64,000 bases of DNA from Eledone cirrhosa (Eukaryota): positions 421,476,001 through 421,540,000 of the forward strand of contig OZ024740.1 in NCBI GenBank assembly GCA_964016885.1. Direction: 5' to 3'. Made by a program: the position numbers and the translations under genes. This document shows positions 40,601 to 55,600 of the stretch, piece by piece. Positions within the stretch are counted from its first letter, which is position 1, and each line of letters begins with the position of its first letter. The notes under the pieces were generated by a model. That model searched no databases. It was not told the DNA's origin and was given only the letters and a program-made list of their open reading frames with translations.

Positions 40601-43600
40601 GATCTACACTGACAGGGTTGAGAGGATCCCTCAGTCATGTCAGGGACAAGACAGCCTCCCTGGTGATCTACAATGACAGGGTTGAGAGGATCCCTCAGTC
40701 ATGCCAGGGACAAGACAGCCTCCCTGGTGATCTACACTGACAGGGTTGAGAGGATCCCTCAGTCATGCCAGGGACAAGACAGCCTCCCTGGTGATCTACA
40801 ATGACAGGGTTGAGAGGATCCCTCAGTCATGCCAGGGACAAGACAGCCTCCCTGGTGATCTACACTGACAGGGTTGAGAGGATCCCTCAGTCATGCCAGG
40901 GACAAGACAGCCTCCCTGGTGATCTACACTGACAGGGTTGAGAGGATCCCTCAGTCATGTCAGGGACAAGACAGCCTCCCTGGTGATCTACACTGACAGG
41001 GTTGAGAGGATCCCTCAGTCATGCCAGGGACAAGACAGCCTCCCTGGTGATCTACACTGACAGGGTTGAGAGGATCCCTCAGTCATGCCAGGGACAAGAC
41101 AGCCTCCCTGGTGATCTACACTGACAGGGTTGAGAGGATCCCTCAGTCATGTCAGGGACAAGACAGCCTCCCTGGTGATCTACACTGACAGGGTTGAGAG
41201 GATCCCTCAGTCATGCCAGGGACAAGACAGCCTCCCTGGTGATCTACACTGACAGGGTTGAGAGGATCCCTCAGTCATGTCAGGGACAAGACAGCCTCCC
41301 TGGTGATCTACACTGACAGGGTTGAGAGGATCCCTCAGTCATGCCAGGGACAAGACAGCCTCCCTGGTGATCTACACTGACAGGGTTGAGAGGATCCCTC
41401 AGTCATGCCAGGGACAAGACAGCCTCCCTGGTGATCTACAATGACAGGGTTGAGAGGATCCCTCAGTCATGCCAGGGACAAGACAGCCTCCCTGGTGATC
41501 TACACTGACAGGGTTGAGAGGATCCCTCAGTCATGTCAGGGACAAGACAGCCTCCCTGGTGATCTACACTGACAGGGTTGAGAGGATCCCTCAGTCATGT
41601 CAGGGACAAGACAGCCTCCCTGGTGATCTACACTGACAGGGTTGAGAGGACCCCTCAGTCATGTCAGGGACAAGACAGTCTTACTGGTGATCTACACTGA
41701 CAGGGTTGAGAGGACCCCTCAGTCATGTCAGGGACAAGACAGTCTCCCTGGTGATCTACACTGACAGGGTTGAGAGGATCCCGCAGTCATGTCAGGGACA
41801 AGACAGTCTTACTGGTGATCTACACTGACAGGGTTGAGAGGACCCCTCAGTCATGTCAGGGACAAGACAGTCTCCCTGGTGATCTACACTGACAGGGTTG
41901 AGAGGACCCCTCAGTCATGTCAGGGACAAGACAGTCTTACTGGTGATCTACAATGACAGGGTTGAGAGGATCCCTCAGTCATGTCAGGGACAAGACAGCC
42001 TCCCTGGTGATCTACACTGACAGGGTTGAGAGGATCCCTCAGTCATGCCAGGGACAAGACAGCCTCCCTGGTGATCTACACTGACAGGGTTGAGAGGATC
42101 CCTCAGTCATGTCAGGGACAAGACAGTCTTACTGGTGATCTACAATGACAGGGTTGAGAGGATCCCTCAGTCATGCCAGGGACAAGACAGCCTCCCTGGT
42201 GATCTACACTGACAGGGTTGAGAGGACCCCTCAGTCATGTCAGGGACAAGACAGTCTTACTGGTGATCTACAATGACAGGGTTGAGAGGATCCCTCAGTC
42301 ATGTCAGGGACAAGACAGTCTCACTGGTGATCTACACTGACAGGGTTGAGAGGACCCCTCAGGCATGCCAGGGACAAGACAGCCTCCCTGGTGATCTACA
42401 CTGACAGGGTTGAGAGGATCCCTCAGTCATGCCAGGGACAAGACAGCCTCCCTGGTGATCTACACTGACAGGGTTGAGAGGATCCCTCAGTCATGTCAGG
42501 GACAAGACAGCCTCCCTGGTGATCTACACTGACAGGGTTGAGAGGACCCCTCAGGCATGCCAGGGACAAGACAGCCTCCCTGGTGATCTACACTGACAGG
42601 GTTGAGAGGACCCCTCAGGCATGCCAGGGACAAGACAGTCTCACTGGTGATCTACACTGACAGGGTTGAGAGGACCCCTCAGGCATGCCAGGGACAAGAC
42701 AGCCTCCCTGGTGATCTACACTGACAGGGTTGAGAGGACCCCTCAGGCATGCCAGGGACAAGACAGCCTCCCTGGTGATCTACACTGACAGGGTTGAGAG
42801 GACCCCTCAGGCATGCCAGGGACAAGACAGCCTCCCTGGTGATCTACACTGACAGGGTTGAGAGGATCCCTCAGTCATGCCAGGGACAAGACAGCCTCCC
42901 TGGTGATCTACACTGACAGGGTTGAGAGGATCCCTCAGTCATGTCAGGGACAAGACAGCCTCCCTGGTGATCTACACTGACAGGGTTGAGAGGACCCCTC
43001 AGGCATGCCAGGGACAAGACAGCCTCCCTGGTGATCTACACTGACAGGGTTGAGAGGACCCCTCAGGCATGCCAGGGACAAGACAGTCTCACTGGTGATC
43101 TACACTGACAGGGTTGAGAGGACCCCTCAGGCATGCCAGGGACAAGACAGCCTCCCTGGTGATCTACACTGACAGGGTTGAGAGGACCCCTCAGGCATGC
43201 CAGGGACAAGACAGCCTCCCTGGTGATCTACACTGACAGGGTTGAGAGGACCCCTCAGGCATGCCAGGGACAAGACAGCCTCCCTGGTGATCTACACTGA
43301 CAGGGTTGAGAGGATCCCTCAGTCATGCCAGGGACAAGACAGCCTCCCTGGTGATCTACACTGACAGGGTTGAGAGGATCCCTCAGTCATGTCAGGGACA
43401 AGACAGCCTCCCTGGTGATCTACACTGACAGGGTTGAGAGGACCCCTCAGGCATGCCAGGGACAAGACAGCCTCCCTGGTGATCTACACTGACAGGGTTG
43501 AGAGGACCCCTCAGGCATGCCAGGGACAAGACAGTCTCACTGGTGATCTACACTGACAGGGTTGAGAGGACCCCTCAGGCATGCCAGGGACAAGACAGCC

Positions 43601-46600
43601 TCCCTGGTGATCTACACTGACAGGGTTGAGAGGATCCCTCAGTCATGCCAGGGACAAGACAGCCTCCCTGGTGATCTACACTGACAGGGTTGAGAGGATC
43701 CCTCAGTCATGTCAGGGACAAGACAGCCTCCCTGGTGATCTACAATGACAGGGTTGAGAGGATCCCTCAGTCATGCCAGGGACAAGACAGCCTCCCTGGT
43801 GATCTACACTGACAGGGTTGAGAGGATCCCTCAGTCATGCCAGGGACAAGACAGCCTCCCTGGTGATCTACAATGACAGGGTTGAGAGGATCCCTCAGTC
43901 ATGCCAGGGACAAGACAGCCTCCCTGGTGATCTACACTGACAGGGTTGAGAGGATCCCTCAGTCATGCCAGGGACAAGACAGCCTCCCTGGTGATCTACA
44001 CTGACAGGGTTGAGAGGATCCCTCAGTCATGTCAGGGACAAGACAGCCTCCCTGGTGATCTACACTGACAGGGTTGAGAGGATCCCTCAGTCATGCCAGG
44101 GACAAGACAGCCTCCCTGGTGATCTACACTGACAGGGTTGAGAGGATCCCTCAGTCATGCCAGGGACAGGACAGCCTCCCTGGTGATCTACACTGACAGG
44201 GTTGAGAGGATCCCTCAGTCATGTCAGGGACAAGACAGCCTCCCTGGTGATCTACACTGACAGGGTTGAGAGGATCCCTCAGTCATGCCAGGGACAAGAC
44301 AGCCTCCCTGGTGATCTACACTGACAGGGTTGAGAGGATCCCTCAGTCATGTCAGGGACAAGACAGCCTCCCTGGTGATCTACACTGACAGGGTTGAGAG
44401 GATCCCTCAGTCATGCCAGGGACAAGACAGCCTCCCTGGTGATCTACACTGACAGGGTTGAGAGGATCCCTCAGTCATGCCAGGGACAAGACAGCCTCCC
44501 TGGTGATCTACAATGACAGGGTTGAGAGGATCCCTCAGTCATGCCAGGGACAAGACAGCCTCCCTGGTGATCTACACTGACAGGGTTGAGAGGATCCCTC
44601 AGTCATGTCAGGGACAAGACAGCCTCCCTGGTGATCTACACTGACAGGGTTGAGAGGATCCCTCAGTCATGTCAGGGACAAGACAGCCTCCCTGGTGATC
44701 TACACTGACAGGGTTGAGAGGATCCCTCAGTCATGCCAGGGACAAGACAGCCTCCCTGGTGATCTACACTGACAGGGTTGAGAGGATCCCTCAGTCATGC
44801 CAGGGACAAGACAGCCTCCCTGGTGATCTACACTGACAGGGTTGAGAGGATCCCTCAGTCATGCCAGGGACAAGACAGCCTCCCTGGTGATCTACACTGA
44901 CAGGGTTGAGAGGATCCCTCAGTCATGCCAGGGACAAGACAGCCTCCCTGGTGATCTACAATGACAGGGTTGAGAGGATCCCTCAGTCATGTCAGGGACA
45001 AGACAGCCTCCCTGGTGATCTACACTGACAGGGTTGAGAGGATCCCTCAGTCATGCCAGGGACAAGACAGTCTCCCTGGTGATCTACACTGACAGGGTTG
45101 AGAGGATCCCTCAGTCATGTCAGGGACAAGACAGCCTCCCTGGTGATCTACACTGACAGGGTTGAGAGGACCCCTCAGTCATGTCAGGGACAAGACAGCC
45201 TCCCTGGTGATCTACACTGACAGGGTTGAGAGGACCCCTCAGTCATGTCAGGGACAAGACAGCCTCCCTGGTGATCTACACTGACAGGGTTGAGAGGACC
45301 CCTCAGTCATGTCAGGGACAAGACAGTCTTACTGGTGATCTACACTGACAGGGTTGAGAGGACCCCTCAGTCATGTCAGGGACAAGACAGTCTTACTGGT
45401 GATCTACACTGACAGGGTTGAGAGGACCCCTCAGTCATGTCAGGGACAAGACAGCCTCCCTGGTGATCTACACTGACAGGGTTGAGAGGACCCCTCAGTC
45501 ATGTCAGGGACAAGACAGCCTCCCTGGTGATCTACACTGACAGGGTTGAGAGGACCCCTCAGTCATGTCAGGGACAAGACAGTCTTACTGGTGATCTACA
45601 CTGACAGGGTTGAGAGGACCCCTCAGTCATGTCAGGGACAAGACAGCCTCACTGGTGATCTACACTGACAGGGTTGAGAGGACCCCTCAGTCATGTCAGG
45701 GACAAGACAGCCTCCCTGGTGATCTACACTGACAGGGTTGAGAGGACCCCTCAGTCATGTCAGGGACAAGACAGTCTTACTGGTGATCTACACTGACAGG
45801 GTTGAGAGGACCCCTCAGTCATGTCAGGGACAAGACAGCCTCACTGGTGATCTACACTGACAGGGTTGAGAGGACCCCTCAGTCATGTCAGGGACAAGAC
45901 AGCCTCCCTGGTGATCTACACTGACAGGGTTGAGAGGACCCCTCAGTCATGTCAGGGACAAGACAGCCTCCCTGGTGATCTACACTGACAGGGTTGAGAG
46001 GACCCCTCAGTCATGTCAGGGACAAGACAGCCTCCCTGGTGATCTACACTGACAGGGTTGAGAGGACCCCTCAGTCATGTCAGGGACAAGACAGTCTTAC
46101 TGGTGATCTACACTGACAGGGTTGAGAGGACCCCTCAGTCATGTCAGGGACAAGACAGTCTTACTGGTGATCTACACTGACAGGGTTGAGAGGATCCCTC
46201 AGTCATGTCAGGGACAAGACAGTCTTACTGGTGATCTACACTGACAGGGTTGAGAGGATCCCTCAGTCATGTCAGGGACAAGACAGCCTCCCTGGTGATC
46301 TACACTGACAGGGTTGAGAGGACCCCTCAGTCATGTCAGGGACAAGACAGCCTCCCTGGTGATCTACACTGACAGGGTTGAGAGGACCCCTCAGTCATGT
46401 CAGGGACAAGACAGCCTCCCTGGTGATCTACACTGACAGGGTTGAGAGGACCCCTCAGTCATGTCAGGGACAAGACAGTCTTACTGGTGATCTACACTGA
46501 CAGGGTTGAGAGGACCCCTCAGTCATGTCAGGGACAAGACAGTCTTACTGGTGATCTACACTGACAGGGTTGAGAGGACCCCTCAGTCATGTCAGGGACA

Positions 46601-49600
46601 AGACAGCCTCCCTGGTGATCTACACTGACAGGGTTGAGAGGACCCCTCAGTCATGTCAGGGACAAGACAGCCTCCCTGGTGATCTACACTGACAGGGTTG
46701 AGAGGACCCCTCAGTCATGTCAGGGACAAGACAGTCTCACTGGTGATCTACACTGACAGGGTTGAGAGGATCCCTCAGTCATGCCAGGCACAAGACAGTC
46801 TTACTGGTGATCTACACTGACAGGGTTGAGAGGACGCCTCAGTCATGTCAGGGACAAGACAGCCTCCCTGGTGATCTACACTGACAGGGTTGAGAGGACC
46901 CCTCAGTCATGTCAGGGACAAGACAGTCTTACTGGTGATCTACACTGACAGGGTTGAGAGGATCCCTCAGTCATGTCAGGGACAAGACAGCCTCCCTGGT
47001 GATCTACACTGACAGGGTTGAGAGGACCCCTCAGTCATGTCAGGGACAAGACAGTCTTACTGGTGATCTACACTGACAGGGTTGAGAGGATCCCTCAGTC
47101 ATGCCAGGGACAAGACAGTCTCCCTGGTGATCTACACTGACAGGGTTGAGAGGACCCCTCAGTCATGCCAGGGACAAGACAGCCTCCCTGGTGATCTACA
47201 CTGACAGGGTTGAGAGGACCCCTCAGTCATGTCAGGGACAAGACAGTCTTACTGGTGATCTACACTGACAGGGTTGAGAGGATCCCTCAGTCATGCCAGG
47301 GACAAGACAGTCTTACTGGTGATCTACACTGACAGGGTTGAGAGGACCCCTCAGTCATGTCAGGGACAAGACAGTCTTACTGGTGATCTACACTGACAGG
47401 GTTGAGAGGATCCCTCAGTCATGCCAGGGACAAGACAGCCTCCCTGGTGATCTACAATGACAGGGTTGAGAGGACCCCTCAGTCATGTCAGGGGCAAGAC
47501 AGTCTCACTGGTGATCTACACTGACAGGGTTGAGAGGACCCCTCAGGCATGCCAGGGACAAGACAGTCTTACTGGTGATCTACACTGACAGGGTTGAGAG
47601 GATCCCTCAGTCATGTCAGGGACAAGACAGTCTTACTGGTGATCTACACTGACAGAGTTGAGAGGACCCCTCAGTCATATCAAGGACAAGACAGCCTCCC
47701 TGGTGATCTACAATGACAGGGTTGAGAGGACCCCTCAGTCATGTCAGGGACAAGACAGTCTTACTGGTGATCTACACTGACAGGGTTGAGAGGATCCCTC
47801 AGTCATGTCAGGGACAAGACAGCCTCCCTGGTGATCTACACTGACAGGGTTGAGAGGATCCCTCAGGCATGCCAGGGACAAGACAGTCTTACTGGTGATC
47901 TACACTGACAGGGTTGAGAGGACCCCTCAGTCATGTCAGGGACAAGACAGTCTCCCTGGTGATCTACACTGACAGGGTTGAGAGGATCCCTCAGTCATGC
48001 CAGGGACAAGACAGTCTCCCTGGTGATCTACACTGACAGGGGTGAGAGGATCCCTCAGTCATGCCAGGGACAAGACAGCCTCCCTGGTGATCTACACTGA
48101 CAGGGTTGAGAGGACCCCTCAGTCATGTCAGGGACAAGACAGTCTTACTGGTGATCTACACTGACAGGGTTGAGAGGACCCCTCAGTCATGTCAGGGACA
48201 AGACAGTCTTACTGGTGATCTACACTGACAGGGTTGAGAGGACCCCTCAGTCATGTCAGGGACAAGACAGTCTTACTGGTGATCTACACTGACAGGGTTG
48301 AGAGGACCCCTCAGTCATGCCAGGGACAAGACAGCCTCCCTGGTGATCTACACTGACAGGGTTGAGAGGATCCCTCAGTCATGTCAGGCACAAGACAGTC
48401 TTACTGGTGATCTACACTGACAGGGTTGAGAGGACCCCTCAGTCATGTCAGGGACAAGACAGTCTCCCTGGTGATCTACACTGACAGGGTTGAGAGGATC
48501 CCTCAGTCATGCCAGGGACAAGACAGCCTCCCTGGTGATCTACACTGACAGGGTTGAGAGGATCCCTCAGTCATGTCAGGGACAAGACAGCCTCCCTGGT
48601 GATCTACACTGACAGGGTTGAGAGGATCCCTCAGTCATGTCAGGGACAAGACAGCCTCCCTGGTGATCTACACTGACAGGGTTGAGAGGACCCCTCAGTC
48701 ATGTCAGGGACAAGACAGTCTCACTGGTGATCTACACTGACAGGGTTGAGAGGATCCCTCAGTCATGTCAGGCACAAGACAGTCTTACTGGTGATCTACA
48801 CTGACAGGGTTGAGAGGATCCCTCAGTCATGCCAGGGACAAGACAGTCTTACTGGTGATCTACACTGACAGGGTTGAGAGGATCCCTCAGTCATGCCAGG
48901 GACAAGACAGTCTTACTGGTGATCTACACTGACAGGGTTGAGAGGATCCCTCAGTCATGCCAGGCACAAGACAGTCTTACTGGTGATCTACACTGACAGG
49001 GTTGAGAGGATCCCTCAGTCATGCCAGGGACAAGACAGTCTCCCTGGTGATCTACACTGACAGGGTTGAGAGGATCCCTCAGTCATGTCAGGCACAAGAC
49101 AGTCTTACTGGTGATCTACACTGACAGGGTTGAGAGGATCCCTCAGTCATGCCAGGGACAAGACAGTCTCACTGGTGATCTACACTGACAGGGTTGAGAG
49201 GATCCCTCAGTCATGCCAGGGACAAGACAGTCTCCCTGGTGATCTACACTGACAGGGTTGAGAGGATCCCTCAGTCATGCCAGGGACAAGACAGTCTCAC
49301 TGGTGATCTACACTGACAGGGTTGAGAGGATCCCTCAGTCATGCCAGGGACAAGACAGTCTCACTGGTGATCTACACTGACAGGGTTGAGAGGATCCCTC
49401 AGTCATGTCAGGCACAAGTCAGTCTTACTGGTGATCTACACTGACAGGGTTGAGAGGATCCCTCAGTCATGCCAGGGACAAGACAGTCTCCCTGGTGATC
49501 TACACTGACAGGGTTGAGAGGATCCCTCAGGCATGCCAGGGACAAAACAGTCTTACTGGTGATCTACACTGACAGGGTTGAGAGGATCCCTCAGTCATGC

Positions 49601-52600
49601 CAGGGACAAGACAGTCTCCCTGGTGATCTACACTGACAGGGTTGAGAGGATCCCTCAGTCATGCCAGGGACAAGACAGTCTCACTGGTGATCTACACTGA
49701 CAGGGTTGAGAGGATCCCTCAGTCATGTCAGGGACAAGACAGCCTCCCTGGTGATCTACACTGACAGGGTTGAGAGGATCCCTCAGTCATGTCAGGCACA
49801 AGACAGTCTTACTGGTGATCTACACTGACAGGGTTGAGAGGATCCCTCAGTCAGGCCAGGGACAAGACAGTCTCACTGGTGATCTACACTGACAGGGTTG
49901 AGAGGATCCCTCAGTCATGCCAGGGACAAGACAGTCTCCCTGGTGATCTACACTGACAGGGTTGAGAGGATCCCTCAGTCATGCCAGGCACAAGACAGTC
50001 TTACTGGTGATCTACACTGACAGGGTTGAGAGGATCCCTCAGTCATGCCAGGGACAAGACAGTCTCACTGGTGATCTACACTGACAGGGTTGAGAGGATC
50101 CCTCAGTCATGCCAGGGACAAGACAGTCTCCCTGCTGATCTACACTGACAGGGTTGAGAGGATCCCTCAGTCATGCCAGGGACAAGACAGTCTCACTGGT
50201 GATCTACACTGACAGGGTTGAGAGGATCCCTCAGTCATGTCAGGGACAAGACAGTCTTACTGGTGATCTACACTGACAGGGTTGAGAGGATCCCTCAGTC
50301 ATGCCAGGGACAAGACAGTCTCACTGGTGATCTACACTGACAGGGTTGAGAGGATCCCTCAGTCATGCCAGGGACAAGACAGTCTCCCTGGTGATCTACA
50401 CTGACAGGGTTGAGAGGATCCCTCAGTCATGCCAGGGACAAGACAGTCTCACTGGTGATCTACACTGACAGGGTTGAGAGGACCCCTCAGTCATGCCAGG
50501 GACAAGACAGTCTCCCTGGTGATCTACACTGACAGGGTTGAGAGGATCCCTCAGTCATGCCAGGGACAAGACAGTCTCCCTGGTGATCTACACTGACAGG
50601 GTTGAGAGGATCCCTCAGTCATGCCAGGGACAAGACAGTCTCACTGGTGATCTACACTGACAGGGTTGAGAGGACCCCTCAGGCATGCCAGGGACAAAAC
50701 AGCCTCCCTGGTGATCTACACTGACAGGGTTGAGAGGATCCCTCAGTCATGTCAGGGACAAGACAGTCTTACTGGTGATATACACTGACAGGGTTGAGAG
50801 GACCCCTCAGTCATGCCAGGGACAAAACAGCCTCCCTGGTGATCTACGCTGACAGGGTTGAGAGGATCCCTCAGTCATGCCAGGGACAAGACAGTCTCAC
50901 TGGTGATCTACACTGACATGGTTGAGAGGACCCCTCAGGCATGCCAGGGACAAAACAGCCTCCCTGGTGATCTACACTGACAGGGTTGAGAGGACCCCTC
51001 AGTCATGTCAGGGACAAGACAGTCTTACTGGTGATATACACTGACAGGGTTGAGAGGATCCCTCAGTCATGCCAGGGACAAAACAGCCTCCCTGGTGATC
51101 TACACTGACAGGGTTGAGAGGATCCCTCAGTCATGTCAGGGACAAGACAGTCTTACTGGTGATATACACTGACAGGGTTGAGAGGACCCCTCAGTCATGC
51201 CAGGGACAAAACAGCCTCCCTGGTGATCTACACTGACAGGGTTGAGAGGATCCCTCAGTCATGTCAGGGACAAGACAGTCTCCCTGGTGATCTACACTGA
51301 CAGGGTTGAGAGGATCCCTCAGTCATGCCAGGGACAAGACAGTCTTACTGGTGATCTACACTGACAGGGTTGAGAGGATCCCTCAGTCATGTCAGGGACA
51401 AGACAGTCTCCCTGGTGATCTACACTGACAGGGTTGAGAGGACCCCTCAGTCATGTCAGGGACAAGACAGTCTTACTGGTGATCTACACTGACAGGGTTG
51501 AGAGGATCCCTCAGTCATGTCAGGGACAAGACAGTCTCCCTGGTGATCTACACTGACAGGGTTGAGAGGACCCCTCAGTCATGTCAGGGACAAGACAGTC
51601 TTACTGGTGATCTACACTGACAGGGTTGAGAGGACCCCTCAGTCATGTCAGGGACAAGACAGTCTTACTGGTGATCTACACTGACAGGGTTGAGAGGATC
51701 CCTCAGTCATGCCAGGGACAAGACAGTCTTACTGGTGATCTACACTGACAGGGTTGAGAGGACCCCTCAGTCATGTCAGGGACAAGACAGTCTCCCTGGT
51801 GATCTACACTGACAGGGTTGAGAGGACCCCTCAGTCATGTCAGGGACAAGACAGTCTTACTGGTGATCTATACTGACAGGGTTGAGAGGACCCCTCAGTC
51901 ATGTCAGGGACAAGACAGTCTCCCTGGTGATCTACACTGACAGGGTTGAGAGGATCCCTCAGTCATGCCAGGGACAAGACAGCCTCCCTGGTGATCTACA
52001 CTGACAGGGTTGAGAGGATCCCTCAGTCATGTCAGGGACAAGACAGTCTCCCTGGTGATCTACACTGACAGGGTTGAGAGGACCCCTCAGTCATGTCAGG
52101 GACAAGACAGTCTTACTGGTGATCTATACTGACAGGGTTGAGAGGATCCCTCAGTCATGTCAGGGACAAGACAGTCTTACTGGTGATCTATACTGACAGG
52201 GTTGAGAGGACCCCTCAGTCATGTCAGGGACAAGACAGTCTCCCTGGTGATCTACACTGACAGGGTTGAGAGGATCCCTCAGTCATGTCAGGGACAAGAC
52301 AGTCTCCCTGGTGATCTACACTGACAGGGTTGAGAGGATCCCTCAGTCATGCCAGGGACAAGACAGTCTTACTGGTGATCTACACTGACAGGGTTGAGAG
52401 GACCCCTCAGTCATGTCAGGGACAAGACAGTCTTACTGGTGATCTACACTGACAGGGTTGAGAGGATCCCTCAGTCATGCTAGGGACAAGACAGTCTTAC
52501 TGGTGATCTACACTGACAGGGTTGAGAGGATCCCTCAGTCATGTCAAGGACTAGACAGTCTCCCTGGTGATCTACACTGACAGGGTTGAGAGGATCCCTC

Positions 52601-55600
52601 AGTCATGCTAGGGACAAGACAGTCTTACTGGTGATCTACACTGACAGGGTTGAGAGGACCCCTCAGTCATGTCAGGGACAAGACAGTCTTACTGGTGATC
52701 TACACTGACAGGGTTGAGAGGATCCCTCAGTCATGCTAGGGACAAGACAGTCTTACTGGTGATCTACACTGACAGGGTTGAGAGGATCCCTCAGTCATGT
52801 CAAGGACTAGACAGTCTCCCTGGTGATCTACACTGACAGGGTTGAGAGGATCCCTCAGTCATGCTAGGGACAAGACAGTCTTACTGGTGATCTACACTGA
52901 CAGGGTTGAGAGGACCCCTCAGTCATGTCAGGGACAAGACAGTCTTACTGGTGATCTACACTGACAGGGTTGAGAGGATCCCTCAGTCATGCTAGGGACA
53001 AGACAGTCTTACTGGTGATCTACACTGACAGGGTTGAGAGGACCCCTCAGTCATGTCAAGGACTAGACAGTCTCCCTGGTGATCTACACTGACAGGGTTG
53101 AGAGGATCCCTCAGTCATGCTAGGGACAAGACAGTCTTACTGGTGATCTACACTGACAGGGTTGAGAGGATCCCTCAGTCATGTCAGGGACAAGACAGTC
53201 TTACTGGTGATCTACACTGACAGGGTTGAGAGGACCCCTCAGTCATGCCAGGGACAAGACAGTCTTACTGGTGATCTACACTGACAGGGTTGAGAGGATC
53301 CCTCAGTCATGCTAGGGACAAGACAGTCTTACTGGTGATCTACACTGACAGGGTTGAGAGGACCCCTCAGTCATGTCAGGGACAAGACAGTCTTACTGGT
53401 GATCTACACTGACAGGGTTGAGAGGACCCCTCAGTCATGCCAGCGACAAGACAGTCTCCCTGGTGATCTACACTGACAGGGTTGAGAGGATCCCTCAGTC
53501 ATGCCAGCGACAAGACAGTCTCCCTGGTGATCTACACTGACAGGGTTGAGAGGATCCCTCAGTCATGTCAGGGACAAGACAGTCTTACTGGTGATCTACA
53601 CTGACAGGGTTGAGAGGATCCCTCAGTCATGTCAGGGACAAGACAGCCTCCCTGGTGATCTACACTGACAGGGTTGAGAGGATCCCTCAGTCATGTCAGG
53701 GACAAGACAGTCTCCCTGGTGATCTACACTGACAGGGTTGAGAGGATCCCTCAGTCATGTCAGGGACAAGACAGTCTCCCTGGTGATCTACACTGACAGG
53801 GTTGAGAGGATCCCTCAGTCATGTCAGGGACAAGACAGTCTCCCTGGTGATCTACACTGACAGGGTTGAGAGGATCCCTCAGTCATGTCAGGGACAAGAC
53901 AGTCTCCCTGGTGATCTACACTGACAGGGTTGAGAGGATCCCTCAGTCATGCCAGGGACAAGACAGTCTTACTGGTGATCTACACTGACAGGGTTGAGAG
54001 GACCCCTCAGTCATGTCAGGGACAAGACAGTCTTACTGGTGATCTACACTGACAGGGTTGAGAGGACCCCTCAGTCATGTCAGGGACAAGACAGCCTCCC
54101 TGGTGATCTACACTGACAGGGTTGAGAGGATCCCTCAGGCATGCCAGGGACAAGACAGTCTTACTGGTGATCTACACTGACAGGGTTGAGAGGACCCCTC
54201 AGTCATGTCAGGGACAAGACAGTCTTACTGGTGATCTACACTGACAGGGTTGAGAGGATCCCTCAGTCATGCCAGGGACAAGACAGCCTCCCTGGTGATC
54301 TACAATGACAGGGTTGAGAGGACCCCTCAGTCATGTCAGGGACAAGACAGTCTTACTGGTGATCTACACTGACAGGGTTGAGAGGATCCCTCAGTCATGT
54401 CAGGGACAAGACAGTCTTACTGGTGATCTACACTGACAGGGTTGAGAGGATCCCTCAGTCATGCCAGGGACAAGACAGCCTCCCTGGTGATCTACAATGA
54501 CAGGGTTGAGAGGACCCCTCAGTCATGTCAAGGACAAGACAGTCTCCCTGGTGATCTACACTGACAGGGTTGAGAGGATCCCTCAGTCATGTCAAGGACT
54601 AGACAGTCTCCCTGGTGATCTACACTGACAGGGTTGAGAGGACCCCTCAGTCATGTCAGGGACAAGACAGTCTTACTGGTGATCTACACTGACAGGGTTG
54701 AGAGGATCCCTCAGTCATGTCAGGGACAAGACAGTCTTACTGGTGATCTACACTGACAGGGTTGAGAGGACCCCCTCAATCATGCCAGGGACAAGACAGT
54801 CTTACTAGTGATCTACACTGACAGGGTTGAGAGGACCCCTCAGGCATGTCAGGGACAAGACAGTCTTACTGGTGATCTACAATGACAGGGTTGAGAGGAC
54901 CCCCTCAATCATGCCAGGGACAAGACAGTCTTACTAGTGATCTACACTGACAGGGTTGAGAGGACCCCTCAGGCATGTCAGGGACAAGACAGTCTTACTG
55001 GTGATCTACAATGACAGGGTTGAGAGGACCCCCTCAATCATGCCAGGGACAAGACAGTCTTACTGGTGATCTACACTGACAGGGTTGAGAGGATCCCTCA
55101 GGCATGCCAGGGACAAGACAGCCTCCCTGGTGATCTACACTGACAGGGTTGAGAGGATCCCTCAGTCATGCCAGGGACAAGACAGTCTCACTGGTGATCT
55201 ACACTGACAGGGTTGAGAGGATCCCTCAGTCATGCCAGGGACAAGACAGTCTTACTGGTGATCTACACTGACAGGGTTGAGAGGACCCCTCAGGCATGCC
55301 AGGGACAAAACAGCCTCCCTGGTGATCTACACTGACAGGGTTGAGAGGATCCCTCAGTCATATCAGGGACAAGACAGTCTTACTGGTGATATACACTGAC
55401 AGGGTTGAGAGGACCCCTCAGTCATGTCAGGGACAAGACAGTCTTACTGGTGATCTACACTGACAGGGTTGAGAGGATCCCTCAGTCATGTCAGGGACAA
55501 GACAGTCTTACTGGTGATCTACACTGACAGGGTTGAGAGGACCCCTCAGTCATGTCAGGGACAAGACAGTCTCCCTGGTGATCTACACTGACAGGGTTGA

